Source of the DNA: a virus
Length of the DNA: 64,000 nucleotides
IMG/VR virus record: IMGVR_UViG_3300045988_133735
Strand: one strand, 5' to 3'
In this document: positions 54,603-64,000 of the stretch, piece after piece
How positions within the stretch are numbered: the stretch's first letter is position 1
Layout of the letters: each line of letters begins with the position of its first letter
Translations under genes and position numbers: made by a program
Notes under the pieces: model-generated
The model's input: the letters and a program-made list of their open reading frames with translations, nothing else
Database searches by the model: none
Told to the model about the DNA's origin: nothing

Positions 54603-54634
54603 TAAAAATGGCCGCCCGCTATTGCACGGACGGC
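54603..54634 (-). terminator. hairpin terminator / attenuator after the decoration-like gene
   Basis: Minus strand: GCCGTCCG...CGGGCGGC stem followed by CATTTTTATT. Confidence 0.55.
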
Positions 54635-54661
54635 GTTATGTTAATTTCTTGAACTTTGGGA

Positions 54662-55174
54662 TCACTTCAGGCTAATGTAGAAGTATGTATACTTGCCATC
54701 GCCAAAGCCGACAGTCTCCTTCTCCAGAATGGTGCCGAAAGTGGTGTCATCAGCGGCATCGGTCTGAACGGTAATCTTGGTAGAACCAGCGGTATAACCA
54801 ACAGTCTTGCCAATCTCGGGAGTGCCCTCGAAAGCCTCAGCGGTCACAGAGAAGCCACCCTTAGAGTCCAGAGAATATGCGCGAATGGTCTTACCGGCTT
54901 CATTGACCCACTCAGTCAGATAGTGAGCGACAGTCTGATCATAGAACAGCTCTTCCTCTGCAATCACATACAGATCCTCCTTCACGGCACCAGCTGCGGG
55001 AGCAGTTGCCTTATAAGCCTCACGACCCAGCTTCTCGCCCAGAACAACGATATTACCGTTATCAATTGCTGCGGGAGCATCGCTAGAATAGAAAATCACA
55101 CTTGCCAGCTGCTCACCATTCTTGGTGCCACCCAGATTATCAGTGCGCACAACAGCATGCTTAATATTTGCCAT
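54662..55174 (-). CDS. capsid decoration / auxiliary head protein
   Basis: 170-aa beta-rich protein immediately upstream of the capsid gene. Confidence 0.45.
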   Translation of the reverse strand: MANIKHAVVRTDNLGGTKNGEQLASVIFYSSDAPAAIDNGNIVVLGEKLGREAYKATAPAAGAVKEDLYVIAEEELFYDQTVAHYLTEWVNEAGKTIRAYSLDSKGGFSVTAEAFEGTPEIGKTVGYTAGSTKITVQTDAADDTTFGTILEKETVGFGDGKYTYFYISLK

Positions 55175-55204
55175 AATTATGTACCTCCTAAAATTTTGAA
55201 TTAT

Positions 55205-56839
55205 TTACTTGCCGAGATAGTGTTCCATCAGGCCACCATACGCGGCGTCTGAACCGTTCTGGGTGCCACCCACGCCAAAGCGGACAGTTCCTCTATTGTT
55301 AGTAGTGGGAACATAAGAGAACTCAGCGGACTGACGACCAACCAGCGCATAGCACTTAGTCTCCAGCTCGGCATAAGTAATCTCCGTGTTCTCCTTCAGT
55401 GCGGTATATTCCGCATTTGCGCCCAGCTTTTCATCCATAATAGAGAACAGCTCGTCGCGCTTAGCCTTTTCTGCTGCGGCGACTGCCTCAGCTTCGGCCT
55501 GCTGATATGCTTCCAGCTTAGGTTTGATTTCACTAACTTCATTAGCTGCTTTAGTAAAGCTGTCAGACAGCTCAGCGATTTTGTCAGTCAGAGTAGTAAA
55601 GGCGGCAATAGTGCCAGGCATCACTTCACCCTCATCCCAATCCTCATATGCAACCTTCATGCGCTTGATATTCTCATAATCCAGAACAACATTGTCGCCA
55701 TTCATAGAGTAGGGAATGCCCATCAGCTGCCATGTCTTGGAGCAACGAACCACCACTGTCTCAGGCATCAGATCTTCAAAATAGAAATCTGGAATCATAT
55801 ACTCAGAATCCCAACTAGAAGGATGAGTGTGCTCGGCAAGCTTAGTACCGATCTCGTCCATCAGCTGAACTGTAGTTAGAGTAAACTCATTGTTTTCAGT
55901 AGCGGTGGGCTCATCTTCAAATGCCGGTGCTGTATTTTCAGTCGGAACAGATTCACCCTCGCCCTCATTTTCTGCAGCATTTTCAGCCGCAGGAGTCTCA
56001 CCTTCGCCATCTGCCGAAGTAGTATTCTCAGCAGTCTGGACGTCGGGCTCCTGTACTGTATTTTCTGCCGGAGGAGTCACGGTTTCAGGATTTTCGACCA
56101 CGGTCGTATTCTTCTCGTTTTCATTCATTGGTGTTTTATCTCCTTTCTCCTCATCGGATGGATTTTCATTTTTTGCAGAATAATTCTGCTGGAGAGCCTG
56201 ATACTCATAGAGACGCTCTCGAATTTGAGATGTGATATCGTCAACAGAAAAATTGGCGGTTACACAGCTCCCAGTCATTGCGGGCTGAATCTTCGGATCG
56301 GTGGTCGACAGAATGCAGCAACCATCAAACTTAAAAGACGAAACGGGAGTGATTCCGTCATCGCGTTTCGCCTCGCAAACCATATCGGTCAGTTCAACGC
56401 TGTGGTTTTTTGTCACATCGCGAGTGAAGATATCTACTGGGTCGCCAAATTTTGTCCAGATCAAACCATCGACACGCAAATATTCACGTTCTGTGCCGGT
56501 TCCGTCATCTTTAATAATCCAACGCGGGTTACAAGATTCAGGAATCACACCATAAGCCTGCCCTGCATACAGATATTTGACATCGGTATCGGTGATTCGT
56601 AGCTCGTGCTCATGCCCTTTGAAGTCTTTATCTTCATCGTCCAATTCATTCACTACATAACCAAGAATCGGCATATTGGCGATAGTCGGGACAGCTTTGT
56701 TGATAACATCTTTCGTGAAACTGGTCTTATTAAGATTTGCTCCTGTGTGCATCACATCAATACAGACATCTATGAAGCGAAAATCAGAAGTTTCATATTC
56801 ATTCTTCTTTGAAAAAGAGATTGGATATCGTTGATTCAT
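55205..56839 (-). CDS. putative prohead protease - scaffold fusion
   Basis: A ~200-aa N-terminal globular domain, an acidic low-complexity linker (PETVTPPAENTVQEPDVQTAENT...), and a C-terminal coiled coil. Lies between portal and capsid. Confidence 0.4.
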   Translation of the reverse strand: MNQRYPISFSKKNEYETSDFRFIDVCIDVMHTGANLNKTSFTKDVINKAVPTIANMPILGYVVNELDDEDKDFKGHEHELRITDTDVKYLYAGQAYGVIPESCNPRWIIKDDGTGTEREYLRVDGLIWTKFGDPVDIFTRDVTKNHSVELTDMVCEAKRDDGITPVSSFKFDGCCILSTTDPKIQPAMTGSCVTANFSVDDITSQIRERLYEYQALQQNYSAKNENPSDEEKGDKTPMNENEKNTTVVENPETVTPPAENTVQEPDVQTAENTTSADGEGETPAAENAAENEGEGESVPTENTAPAFEDEPTATENNEFTLTTVQLMDEIGTKLAEHTHPSSWDSEYMIPDFYFEDLMPETVVVRCSKTWQLMGIPYSMNGDNVVLDYENIKRMKVAYEDWDEGEVMPGTIAAFTTLTDKIAELSDSFTKAANEVSEIKPKLEAYQQAEAEAVAAAEKAKRDELFSIMDEKLGANAEYTALKENTEITYAELETKCYALVGRQSAEFSYVPTTNNRGTVRFGVGGTQNGSDAAYGGLMEHYLGK

Positions 56840-57051
56840 TCTGTTTTCACCTCCTCGCCCGCAAAATAAAAGCCCTGACGAATTGCAATCTGCAACTCAG
56901 CCAGAGCATTTTCAAATACATTATCATTGATAAATACATAGTTGTTCGGCGGATCTTTTCGTAGCAGGAGAGCGCCGTGTTCTATCAAAAACTTCGACAT
57001 CCCGGCGGCGTGAGAACCATGCACGACTATTTCACATAGATATTGTGCCAT
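56836..57051 (-). CDS. hypothetical small head-module protein
   Basis: 71-aa ORF coupled to both neighbours. Confidence 0.4.
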   Translation of the reverse strand: MAQYLCEIVVHGSHAAGMSKFLIEHGALLLRKDPPNNYVFINDNVFENALAELQIAIRQGFYFAGEEVKTE

Positions 57052-57052
57052 G

Positions 57053-58573
57053 TTACTCCTCCTGTCTATCTGCTGTTACTTCGCCAGCGTCACTTAATTG
57101 CTTGCCTTCACTTGCATTAGATGGGCGTCCGCCCTCGTTTACAGCGCCAGATTGTGTATTAGAACTTTTAAGCGGAACTTCAACATTATTTAAGCCGAGT
57201 ACATCATTTTCAAGATAAGCCATATTTTCATAATCCGTACCAGCAAACCCGGCGGTTGCAAGGATAGCGCTACGTGTTGGAATGCCATATTGGGCGTCCT
57301 TTAGATATCGCTCATGCATTTCGGCACGGTTGTAATGTGTCACCGGCAGGAAATTGATACGGAATTTATAAGAACTTGATACGCTCTTGAGTTTACGATT
57401 TACCCAACGCTCCAGCTGACGAATCACCGCGAATACAATCATTTGGTCATTTACAGTACACAGATTCAGCGTTGAAGCAGCCGGATCGTCACCGCCGCCA
57501 AACAAGATTTTGTTTACACCAGCCTGCGCAAATAGTGTTGCTTCGGCCTTTGCAACCTCGTTCGTATCACTATTTACACCGCTTTTGTCAAAATTCCAGT
57601 CAGTTAATTTCATGGGCGTCAAAATCGCACCAATATTCGGCGGCAACACATTACTCATCATGTCGTAGAACTCTTTGGCAGTTTCATAGTCAATCAGGAA
57701 CGAACCATCTTCGTCACTGATAGGGATTTCCATCGCAATGGCTTTGTAGTTGTTGGCTTCGCTTGCGTTCTTGCTAATGGCGCGGTAATCCTCAATATCC
57801 GCCAGAGCACTAAATAGACTCACAAACGGCGGAATGGGGATATAGTCATGTTCATTTACCTTAATACAGATTGACTTAGAACTATCCAATTCTTGCCATT
57901 TATATAACTGAGTATTGGTTTTATAGGTGTTATACATGGTTTGGAACTCAGGCGGATAATTCAGTAGCTTGTCTTGGTTTGAATCAAAATATGAAAAGTT
58001 AAATGCAAAGTTGTATACACCATCTTCAATGCTGCTGATTTTACAATAGTCTGCATCTAGGTTCTGGAAAGCAAAACTATCATTTGTCTCCCATGCGTAT
58101 CCATAATAAACGTCGTCGCGAAATGCAATCGTCAAAATCTTGGTTGCTTCGTGTGGAATATTCATCAGTTCAACAGCTGTGGAGCTTGCGTAGTATGCTT
58201 TCTTAAACTTATTCTGATTGATGCTTTTAGATCGATCAAGACCGTAGGGAACAAGCTCATAAGAGAATGTAGACATATTCGCAAAATATTGAATCAGCCG
58301 ACGATAGTAGTTTGAAATATTGAACAGATATTTGCTCATATTCCGCAGTTGCTTTTCGTAACTAGCTGGATTAGCAAGATACTTCACGATTTGATCCTTC
58401 GTATACTTGGTATATGTCGGATTGGTCTCTGATGTGGATTCAAGATTACGAATACCGATTTTTGATAAGTTAGCATAGACACCACTTACCAAATCAGAAT
58501 ATGTAACATAAGAGGTTTTTCCACTTTTGGAATTCGTGACCATGACCTTTTTATTCATTATATTTTCAGCCAT
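57053..58573 (-). CDS. portal protein
   Basis: 506 aa, immediately downstream of and overlapping terL. Confidence 0.65.
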   Translation of the reverse strand: MAENIMNKKVMVTNSKSGKTSYVTYSDLVSGVYANLSKIGIRNLESTSETNPTYTKYTKDQIVKYLANPASYEKQLRNMSKYLFNISNYYRRLIQYFANMSTFSYELVPYGLDRSKSINQNKFKKAYYASSTAVELMNIPHEATKILTIAFRDDVYYGYAWETNDSFAFQNLDADYCKISSIEDGVYNFAFNFSYFDSNQDKLLNYPPEFQTMYNTYKTNTQLYKWQELDSSKSICIKVNEHDYIPIPPFVSLFSALADIEDYRAISKNASEANNYKAIAMEIPISDEDGSFLIDYETAKEFYDMMSNVLPPNIGAILTPMKLTDWNFDKSGVNSDTNEVAKAEATLFAQAGVNKILFGGGDDPAASTLNLCTVNDQMIVFAVIRQLERWVNRKLKSVSSSYKFRINFLPVTHYNRAEMHERYLKDAQYGIPTRSAILATAGFAGTDYENMAYLENDVLGLNNVEVPLKSSNTQSGAVNEGGRPSNASEGKQLSDAGEVTADRQEE

Positions 58574-60330
58574 TACAGCCCTCCCTTCTTCAATATTGGC
58601 GCACGGAAGTTAAAATCAAGCAGCTTCGGTTTGTTATGCCGTTTCTCCATGCTGCGCTCAACTTGCTGCGCAATATAATAATTGTAGGACAGGGAAGAGT
58701 AACGGTCTTTGCGACATCCAGATTTCTCCTTGACCTTGATTACGTTATTTACTGTTTCGTAGCCCAAATTAACAAGTTCGTTCACTGCAAGACCGGTGTT
58801 GATATATGGCATTTGTAGAGCAGCTCGTTCGCTGGGTGACATTTTATCATACCCTTTATACAACTTGCGTAGCTGATCTTCGCAGCTATACTCGCTTTGT
58901 AAAAGGTGGATTCGCCCCTGCTGGAAACCACTACGTAGACCAATAGCAACATCACTATTAAATTGTGCGCTACCCATAATAGCCCAAATGACCTTCTTAG
59001 CGGCCTTATCAGAACAACGATCAGCAATTTCTGAATTGTTGCAGCAGCTGATTGCCGGATAAGTTTCGCCAGTTTCAGGATCGTAGATATCACGCATAAG
59101 TAGGTCGATCAGCGGAATACCAACTGAGCGAGCGTCGATGCCGAGATAATCACAGTTAAAATATTCAAAGTAGCGGCGCAGTTTCAGTGCTTGATCTTGT
59201 ACGCTCATACCTTCAACGTTCTCTGAGTAAACGAAATTACTTGTATAACGTCCAGATTTGTTTGGTATCATACAATTAAGGAAGATACTTGTTGCGTCAT
59301 TGTCATTTTTCTTGGAACTCATCAATGCGATATCGGCAGTTAAAATGCGAATCTCTCCGTTTTTCTTTTTGGGGATATCTGTTGCAGTAGGGGAGAGCAC
59401 GATATTTGGCGCGTAGTATGCTTTTTCGATAACGCGAGTTTTGTTGATGTCGTCGAACTGGAATAGCCCACCTTCAATTGAGCCAATCCATTCAGTCAGC
59501 ATTTCCATTGAGAACTTCAGGTCGGAAAAACTTGATTCGGACATTTCATCTTCGACGGCCTCTTTCAACAACAAACCTTCTTTGATACTCATTCTGTAAT
59601 CAAAAGCACAACAATAATATTTTTTACTACGATCAATCATATTTACAAAATAGTCCTTACATTTTTCGTAGCTCCAGTGATTCTGGAACCATGCAGAACT
59701 AAGATAAAACTCTTGATTTCGTTCAGCCATGTGTTTATATTCTGGTTTGTCTAAATATCCGGGATGGCGAACAATATTTAGGAATTTTTTCAAAACCATA
59801 TTGATGATATCTTCATCCATCATGCGGTATTCGTCGACCAAAATTAAATTTGCTCGTGCACCACGCGCAGAGTCGGTAGCCGTCACAACTTTAACGTAAC
59901 TGCCATTTTTGAATATAATTTCTGCTTTCTGATTGTTGATGTCGACTTTTTTGATTTCGGATTGTAATAAAGGACTGTTTGGTACAAGTTCCTTCATTAT
60001 TTTTTCGTCCAAAATATTGATAGATTGTGTTCGCACTTTACATGCAATAATACACTTCGTGCCCGGCCACAATAGGCATTTAATCACAATAAAGACAGCG
60101 GTTAAAAAAGATTTGCCTAGACCGCGAGCAGCAATGAAACAAAAGCCTGTACTTCGAACCATTAAATACAACAAAATCTGCTGAAATAATTTCAAATTCA
60201 GATTCAAATATTCTTTGGCGAAGCGTTGCGGATTTTTTCTATAATATCCACAATACCAAGCAACTGCATTCATTATTTTTTCTGATTTACTATTTGCTAC
60301 TTCTTTGTCTGTTAATTTTTCTTTTGTCAA
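58573..60330 (-). CDS. terL: terminase large subunit
   Basis: Walker A-like AARGLGKS and Walker B ANLILVDEY, followed by a C-terminal nuclease-sized domain. 585 aa. Confidence 0.8.
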   Translation of the reverse strand: MTKEKLTDKEVANSKSEKIMNAVAWYCGYYRKNPQRFAKEYLNLNLKLFQQILLYLMVRSTGFCFIAARGLGKSFLTAVFIVIKCLLWPGTKCIIACKVRTQSINILDEKIMKELVPNSPLLQSEIKKVDINNQKAEIIFKNGSYVKVVTATDSARGARANLILVDEYRMMDEDIINMVLKKFLNIVRHPGYLDKPEYKHMAERNQEFYLSSAWFQNHWSYEKCKDYFVNMIDRSKKYYCCAFDYRMSIKEGLLLKEAVEDEMSESSFSDLKFSMEMLTEWIGSIEGGLFQFDDINKTRVIEKAYYAPNIVLSPTATDIPKKKNGEIRILTADIALMSSKKNDNDATSIFLNCMIPNKSGRYTSNFVYSENVEGMSVQDQALKLRRYFEYFNCDYLGIDARSVGIPLIDLLMRDIYDPETGETYPAISCCNNSEIADRCSDKAAKKVIWAIMGSAQFNSDVAIGLRSGFQQGRIHLLQSEYSCEDQLRKLYKGYDKMSPSERAALQMPYINTGLAVNELVNLGYETVNNVIKVKEKSGCRKDRYSSLSYNYYIAQQVERSMEKRHNKPKLLDFNFRAPILKKGGL

Positions 60331-61325
60331 GGAGAACCACCGCCCTCACTGATACCAAAGATGGTTTCACGTAAGCTGGTGTCTGCGGTGTCGTCTTCTA
60401 TAGCTTCTGGTTTATGCGCGGTATACTTTTCCATTTCCTCATCAAATTCGGTTTGATATGGATTGTTTAAATGAAACATTTTTAAAAGTGAACCAAGTAC
60501 CCACACTCTAAAATACTTTCCAATCCCATCGACATCCTGCCATTCAGGCGCGGGTTCTGGAATTGGTCTCTCTTCCTCCCATTTTTGAATCAATGTTCCG
60601 AAAGTGTTAGTTTCAGCCAGCGCGTTATCGTTCGTCTGATTCGGTTTAATCTGAGCTGAACCCATTAGATTCTGAAGGTTGTCGTTTGCCTCTTTTATTT
60701 TCTTTGTGTCGCCTGTAGCGTCTGCCTTTTCACAATTGAGTTCACCCTTTGCAATGCGCTTGAAGAGAATTTCCTGTGCAGCAGTTTTACACTCGTGGCG
60801 AGTAATTAGATTCTGATAGTGATCCTCGAGAAATAAATAATCTTGTTCATCCAGACCAGCGCCCCAGAAATTTCTCATTTTTTGTGTCACTTTTGTATTT
60901 GCAACACGACCAGCAGCCAAGGCTTCTTTTTTCTTCCGATCGATCACATCGTCATAAGATTTTCCTGCATGCTGCTTCATATTGAGTCGTCCCATATAGG
61001 TATTGATTTTTGGAGTATATGTTTGAGCATGATCAGAAGCTTCAAGTATTTTATCATCTACATAAGTATCAAACATCATAGCTAAACGATCGATCGCTTC
61101 ATCTTCGTTGTTGTATTTCTTTGCATAGAAATCAAACATTTGCTCACGGCACTCGTTACACCATGGCAGATATCCATCGTTACCCATAAACCACTGACTC
61201 TGCGTTTTTGAGAAATTTCCCTTGCGCACATCATAGATCTTTCCGCAGCACATACATTTACCACCACTCCATGAGGCAGGGACCTTAATGCGTGGCGGTT
61301 TCTTTTCAACGGCGGTTCTGGCCAT
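60327..61325 (-). CDS. possible terminase small subunit / DNA-binding protein with zinc-binding N-terminus
   Basis: Overlaps the terL start. Contains CMCCGK...CNEC Cys pairs. Confidence 0.4.
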   Translation of the reverse strand: MARTAVEKKPPRIKVPASWSGGKCMCCGKIYDVRKGNFSKTQSQWFMGNDGYLPWCNECREQMFDFYAKKYNNEDEAIDRLAMMFDTYVDDKILEASDHAQTYTPKINTYMGRLNMKQHAGKSYDDVIDRKKKEALAAGRVANTKVTQKMRNFWGAGLDEQDYLFLEDHYQNLITRHECKTAAQEILFKRIAKGELNCEKADATGDTKKIKEANDNLQNLMGSAQIKPNQTNDNALAETNTFGTLIQKWEEERPIPEPAPEWQDVDGIGKYFRVWVLGSLLKMFHLNNPYQTEFDEEMEKYTAHKPEAIEDDTADTSLRETIFGISEGGGSP

Positions 61326-61566
61326 AGTCCTTCACCACCGTTCCGTCATCTGACATATTGTCGAAGCGATACTTGATATCATCCCACAGTTTTAAAATTT
61401 CATTGAGCTTCTTTGTCTTGTGGAACTTTGTATATACAGAGCCCGTAGTTGGATGCTCTCCGATCTCCTCATAAAAAATTCCCATTGCACGAATAAAGAA
61501 CGCGCAGCGGCGGGAATAACAGTAGAAGTAATCGCCTCCTAAATCTTTATGAAATTTTTCTTCCAT
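61306..61566 (-). CDS. hypothetical protein
   Basis: 86-aa ORF. Confidence 0.4.
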   Translation of the reverse strand: MEEKFHKDLGGDYFYCYSRRCAFFIRAMGIFYEEIGEHPTTGSVYTKFHKTKKLNEILKLWDDIKYRFDNMSDDGTVVKDYGQNRR

Positions 61567-61603
61567 CTCCGAATTTTGGAACCCCCTTTACAATTTAATT
61601 TCA

Positions 61604-61693
61604 TGGGTACAGGTATGCGAGTCGAACGCATCTAAGATTTCTCTTTTGTCTCAGCTTATGAGGCTGGCCAGCACACCGGCGCTGTCACCTGCG
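61604..61693 (-). tRNA. tRNA-like gene, anticodon CAU, long variable arm, encoded CCA
   Basis: Hand-folded cloverleaf. Acceptor CGCAGGT/ACCTGTA (C1-A72 mismatch). D stem CAGC/GCTG. Anticodon stem CAGC/GCTG with loop CUCAUAA. 19-nt variable arm with an AAGA-GAAA-TCTT hairpin. T arm ATGCG-TTCGACT-CGCAT. Discriminator C plus CCA. Confidence 0.5.
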
Positions 61694-61696
61694 ACA

Positions 61697-61731
61697 TATA
61701 AAAACGCCCTGAGCAGTTAAGCCCAGAGCGT
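61697..61731 (-). terminator. rho-independent terminator after the metallophosphoesterase gene
   Basis: Minus strand: ACGCTCTGGGC, loop TTAACT, GCTCAGGGCGT (11 bp including two G-U pairs), followed by TTTTTAT. Confidence 0.65.
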
Positions 61732-61740
61732 CTAAATCTG

Positions 61741-62940
61741 TTAAATTACTATCTTTGCTGGCTTTTCAAGCTTCACATCATACAGACAAGTCAAACCATC
61801 ATCAGCAATAACGGCTACGGCTTGCTGTGGGATATCATTCTTACGAATACCGACAGCGTAACCATCAGTACCGCATACGCAGCCGCTTTCAATAACCTTT
61901 GTCCCGTGCACAGTTGTCATTCCGTTTGTGTGGCGATGCCCGAGGAAGACTAAATCAATCGGCTGTTTCACCATCATGGTCAAGTGTTCGACGACGTTGG
62001 CAGGGGAGTCTTTATCTCCATGTGCATACATCACCAGACTATTACGAGCCTTAAATCCACCAAACGTAGGATCAAGCTTCTCTGTTTTTACTTCAATGCC
62101 AGCCAGATTCTGTAGCCGTGCCTTCATATAGAACGGAATCAGCGCTTCGAGTTCGTCTCCGGCAACTTGTTCTTCCTTGTTGGGAAAAACCCGTGAATGA
62201 TTGCCGCTGACCGAATACACATCAATGTGTTGGCATACTTCGTACAGTTCTGCTACAAAGTTGCTCACCAACTCTGCGGCTGTCATAACCTGTTCGATAC
62301 TATTTTCATTGTTCTGAACTCGAGTGTTGATATGAATATGGCCATTGATAAGATCACCAAGCAACAGCACATGAATCTTTTCAGCGGCATGTCTCTCAAC
62401 AATGTTAAATACCTGAGTGACATAGCTTTCCAGCCTTGCCTTTAAAATTTCCTTATCAAACTTGTTCCATGCGGAGTCAATGCCAACGCCTGTATGTAAG
62501 TCAGATAGGCACACAATTAAGTCATGTCCGCTGCCTTCGTACTGTACGATATTCAGAAAATCATTCTTGTCGTAGGGCACAACAGCACTTGCGATCATTT
62601 CCTTGATGGATTCAGCACGCGCAATATCACGATAAACCTTGTTTGTTGCCGCCCGCTCGTCTCGCATCTTGACCTGTTCTATCTTCAACCGCTGCAACTC
62701 GTCTGCCACAGTGCTACCGCACATATGTTCAAGCGCGTAGTCGTAGCCGGCTTTCCACGATTTGTACTTTTTTCGATAAGCACATTCCCCAAAATTGGAA
62801 TTTGTAGCTTCGTTCAAAACTACGGCTGCTTGATCCCATGTTAATTTTCGCTCAGAGCACGCATTGCCAATACGCATCATGTACTCGTCAAAGGATTCGT
62901 CATCCGTCTTTCTGAATTCATTCTTTTTAATTTCGTCCAT
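61741..62940 (-). CDS. calcineurin-like metallophosphoesterase (Mre11/SbcD-like fold) with an N-terminal helical domain
   Basis: Motifs in the canonical order: LSDLHTG, LLGDLINGH, SGNHSR, LGHRH. Confidence 0.7.
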   Translation of the reverse strand: MDEIKKNEFRKTDDESFDEYMMRIGNACSERKLTWDQAAVVLNEATNSNFGECAYRKKYKSWKAGYDYALEHMCGSTVADELQRLKIEQVKMRDERAATNKVYRDIARAESIKEMIASAVVPYDKNDFLNIVQYEGSGHDLIVCLSDLHTGVGIDSAWNKFDKEILKARLESYVTQVFNIVERHAAEKIHVLLLGDLINGHIHINTRVQNNENSIEQVMTAAELVSNFVAELYEVCQHIDVYSVSGNHSRVFPNKEEQVAGDELEALIPFYMKARLQNLAGIEVKTEKLDPTFGGFKARNSLVMYAHGDKDSPANVVEHLTMMVKQPIDLVFLGHRHTNGMTTVHGTKVIESGCVCGTDGYAVGIRKNDIPQQAVAVIADDGLTCLYDVKLEKPAKIVI

Positions 62941-62948
62941 TCTGCACC

Positions 62949-63146
62949 TCAGATCTCAAAATTAGAGTTGGTGCGATGAGTGCGATTTAGCTCGCGCAAT
63001 GCCTTCTCGGCTTCAACATTGCCGGGCAGCTGGGTTAGAACAGACTTGATTTCTTCCGCGTACCATTTATGAGTAGTGCGAGTAATATGCACATTAGGGA
63101 TGATCTTCCGCAGGTAAGTTGCTTCGTTCTTAGTAATTTCAATCAT
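62949..63146 (-). CDS. hypothetical small protein
   Basis: 65-aa ORF. Confidence 0.4.
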   Translation of the reverse strand: MIEITKNEATYLRKIIPNVHITRTTHKWYAEEIKSVLTQLPGNVEAEKALRELNRTHRTNSNFEI

Positions 63147-63234
63147 ATGTATTAAATCTCCTTTTAAATTTAAAGTTGAAAGAGATATACCCTTTCATAT
63201 ATTAAGAAAATAAAGTTAATTTCGTGTATCTTCG

Positions 63235-63996
63235 TCAATTCCGTTTGATTTTTGCTAACCGTGCCTTCTCTTTGTCTGTAGCACACTCTTTGCAATATAG
63301 ACTGGCATTCGGTCTCTTTGCGATATACTTTTCACCACAAACAGTACAATAACATTCTTTGGGATCAAACAATTCCCGTGCCACTTTACTGAGGTTCAGT
63401 CGGTTGTTCTCAAGTGTTACATTGAAGGTGTATGCAATTACGTCATCTTTATCAAGTGCAAAATTCGGATATGTATATAAGCAGCCAATATCGTCTGTTC
63501 CAGTTCGATAGAGTAGATGATGCACATCAGACAGTTCGTACATGCCGCGTACTGTGTTATATCCATCGTCCCAGTTGGACCCACCGCGATACATGATTTC
63601 GGTCTGTTCATCAAAACATTTCCCAAACCGCTTCATTTTAAAATCAGTGTCTAATGCCACCGTGTCACTGCCATACAATCGGCAGAAGAAGATAATTCCA
63701 AGCAAGACTCTAAGTTGTGCCCAGTTGATGTGATAGCGGCGACGAGCGTCGGTGATATAATCTAAATCTTTCTGATATAAAACAACTTGATGTACGTCAA
63801 GTATTGGTGCGTTATTTTTGCGCCCTCGGCTGAATGTTTGAATCAGATGGCTGCGATCATAACTGACAGACTCGGGGTTTCGCATTCGTTCATAATAAAT
63901 CGTGGCACATTCAATAGGGGAGAGGCTTGTCCGCTTTAATAAATTACGCAGCATCAGGTTTGACTCGTGATAGTATTTCCAATTGTCAAGAAGCAT
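63235..63996 (-). CDS. hypothetical protein with C-terminal zinc ribbon (CTVCG...CKEC)
   Basis: 253-aa ORF. The start is near the window edge. Confidence 0.45.
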   Translation of the reverse strand: MLLDNWKYYHESNLMLRNLLKRTSLSPIECATIYYERMRNPESVSYDRSHLIQTFSRGRKNNAPILDVHQVVLYQKDLDYITDARRRYHINWAQLRVLLGIIFFCRLYGSDTVALDTDFKMKRFGKCFDEQTEIMYRGGSNWDDGYNTVRGMYELSDVHHLLYRTGTDDIGCLYTYPNFALDKDDVIAYTFNVTLENNRLNLSKVARELFDPKECYCTVCGEKYIAKRPNASLYCKECATDKEKARLAKIKRN

Positions 63997-64000
63997 ATTT

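Overview
The whole window is a temperate tailed phage of a low-GC Firmicutes-type host, with no host flank. It contains, in order: (1) 1-6.5 kb, + strand: early genes, many for small zinc-ribbon proteins, plus a nucleotide and one-carbon set (nrdG, dut, a P-loop kinase-like gene, folD), ending in an excisionase-type HTH gene. (2) 6.5-8.4 kb: an attP-like region and a tyrosine integrase. The attP-like region has eight GTGGGCAA arm repeats around a GC-rich 24-codon gene 3' end with its own terminator. (3) 8.7-64 kb, - strand: aroD, then the lysis genes (SH3b, M15 endolysin, LL-H holin, membrane proteins). Next come a large fibre and baseplate block (1285-, 347-, 368-, 2267-, 935-, 451- and 615-aa proteins), the tape measure gene, chaperones, a RuvC-like gene, tail tube, neck, capsid, protease/scaffold, portal, TerL, a TerS candidate, a tRNA-like gene and a metallophosphoesterase. 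The main result concerns the tape-measure gene. It is not two genes. It is one 3,724-codon gene interrupted by a 2,726-nt group I intron (39263-41988, - strand). The intron's internal guide sequence pairs with both exon ends and gives an exact in-frame junction. The intron has no recognisable homing endonuclease. It carries a five-ORF cassette on both strands with two near-consensus promoters, including an HslV/proteasome-like Ntn-hydrolase homologue. Secondary observations are a 90-nt tRNA-like gene (CAU anticodon, long variable arm), a type-I-toxin-like 33-codon ORF inside the tail module, an intergenic small-RNA candidate in the lysis module, and phage-borne aroD and folD.
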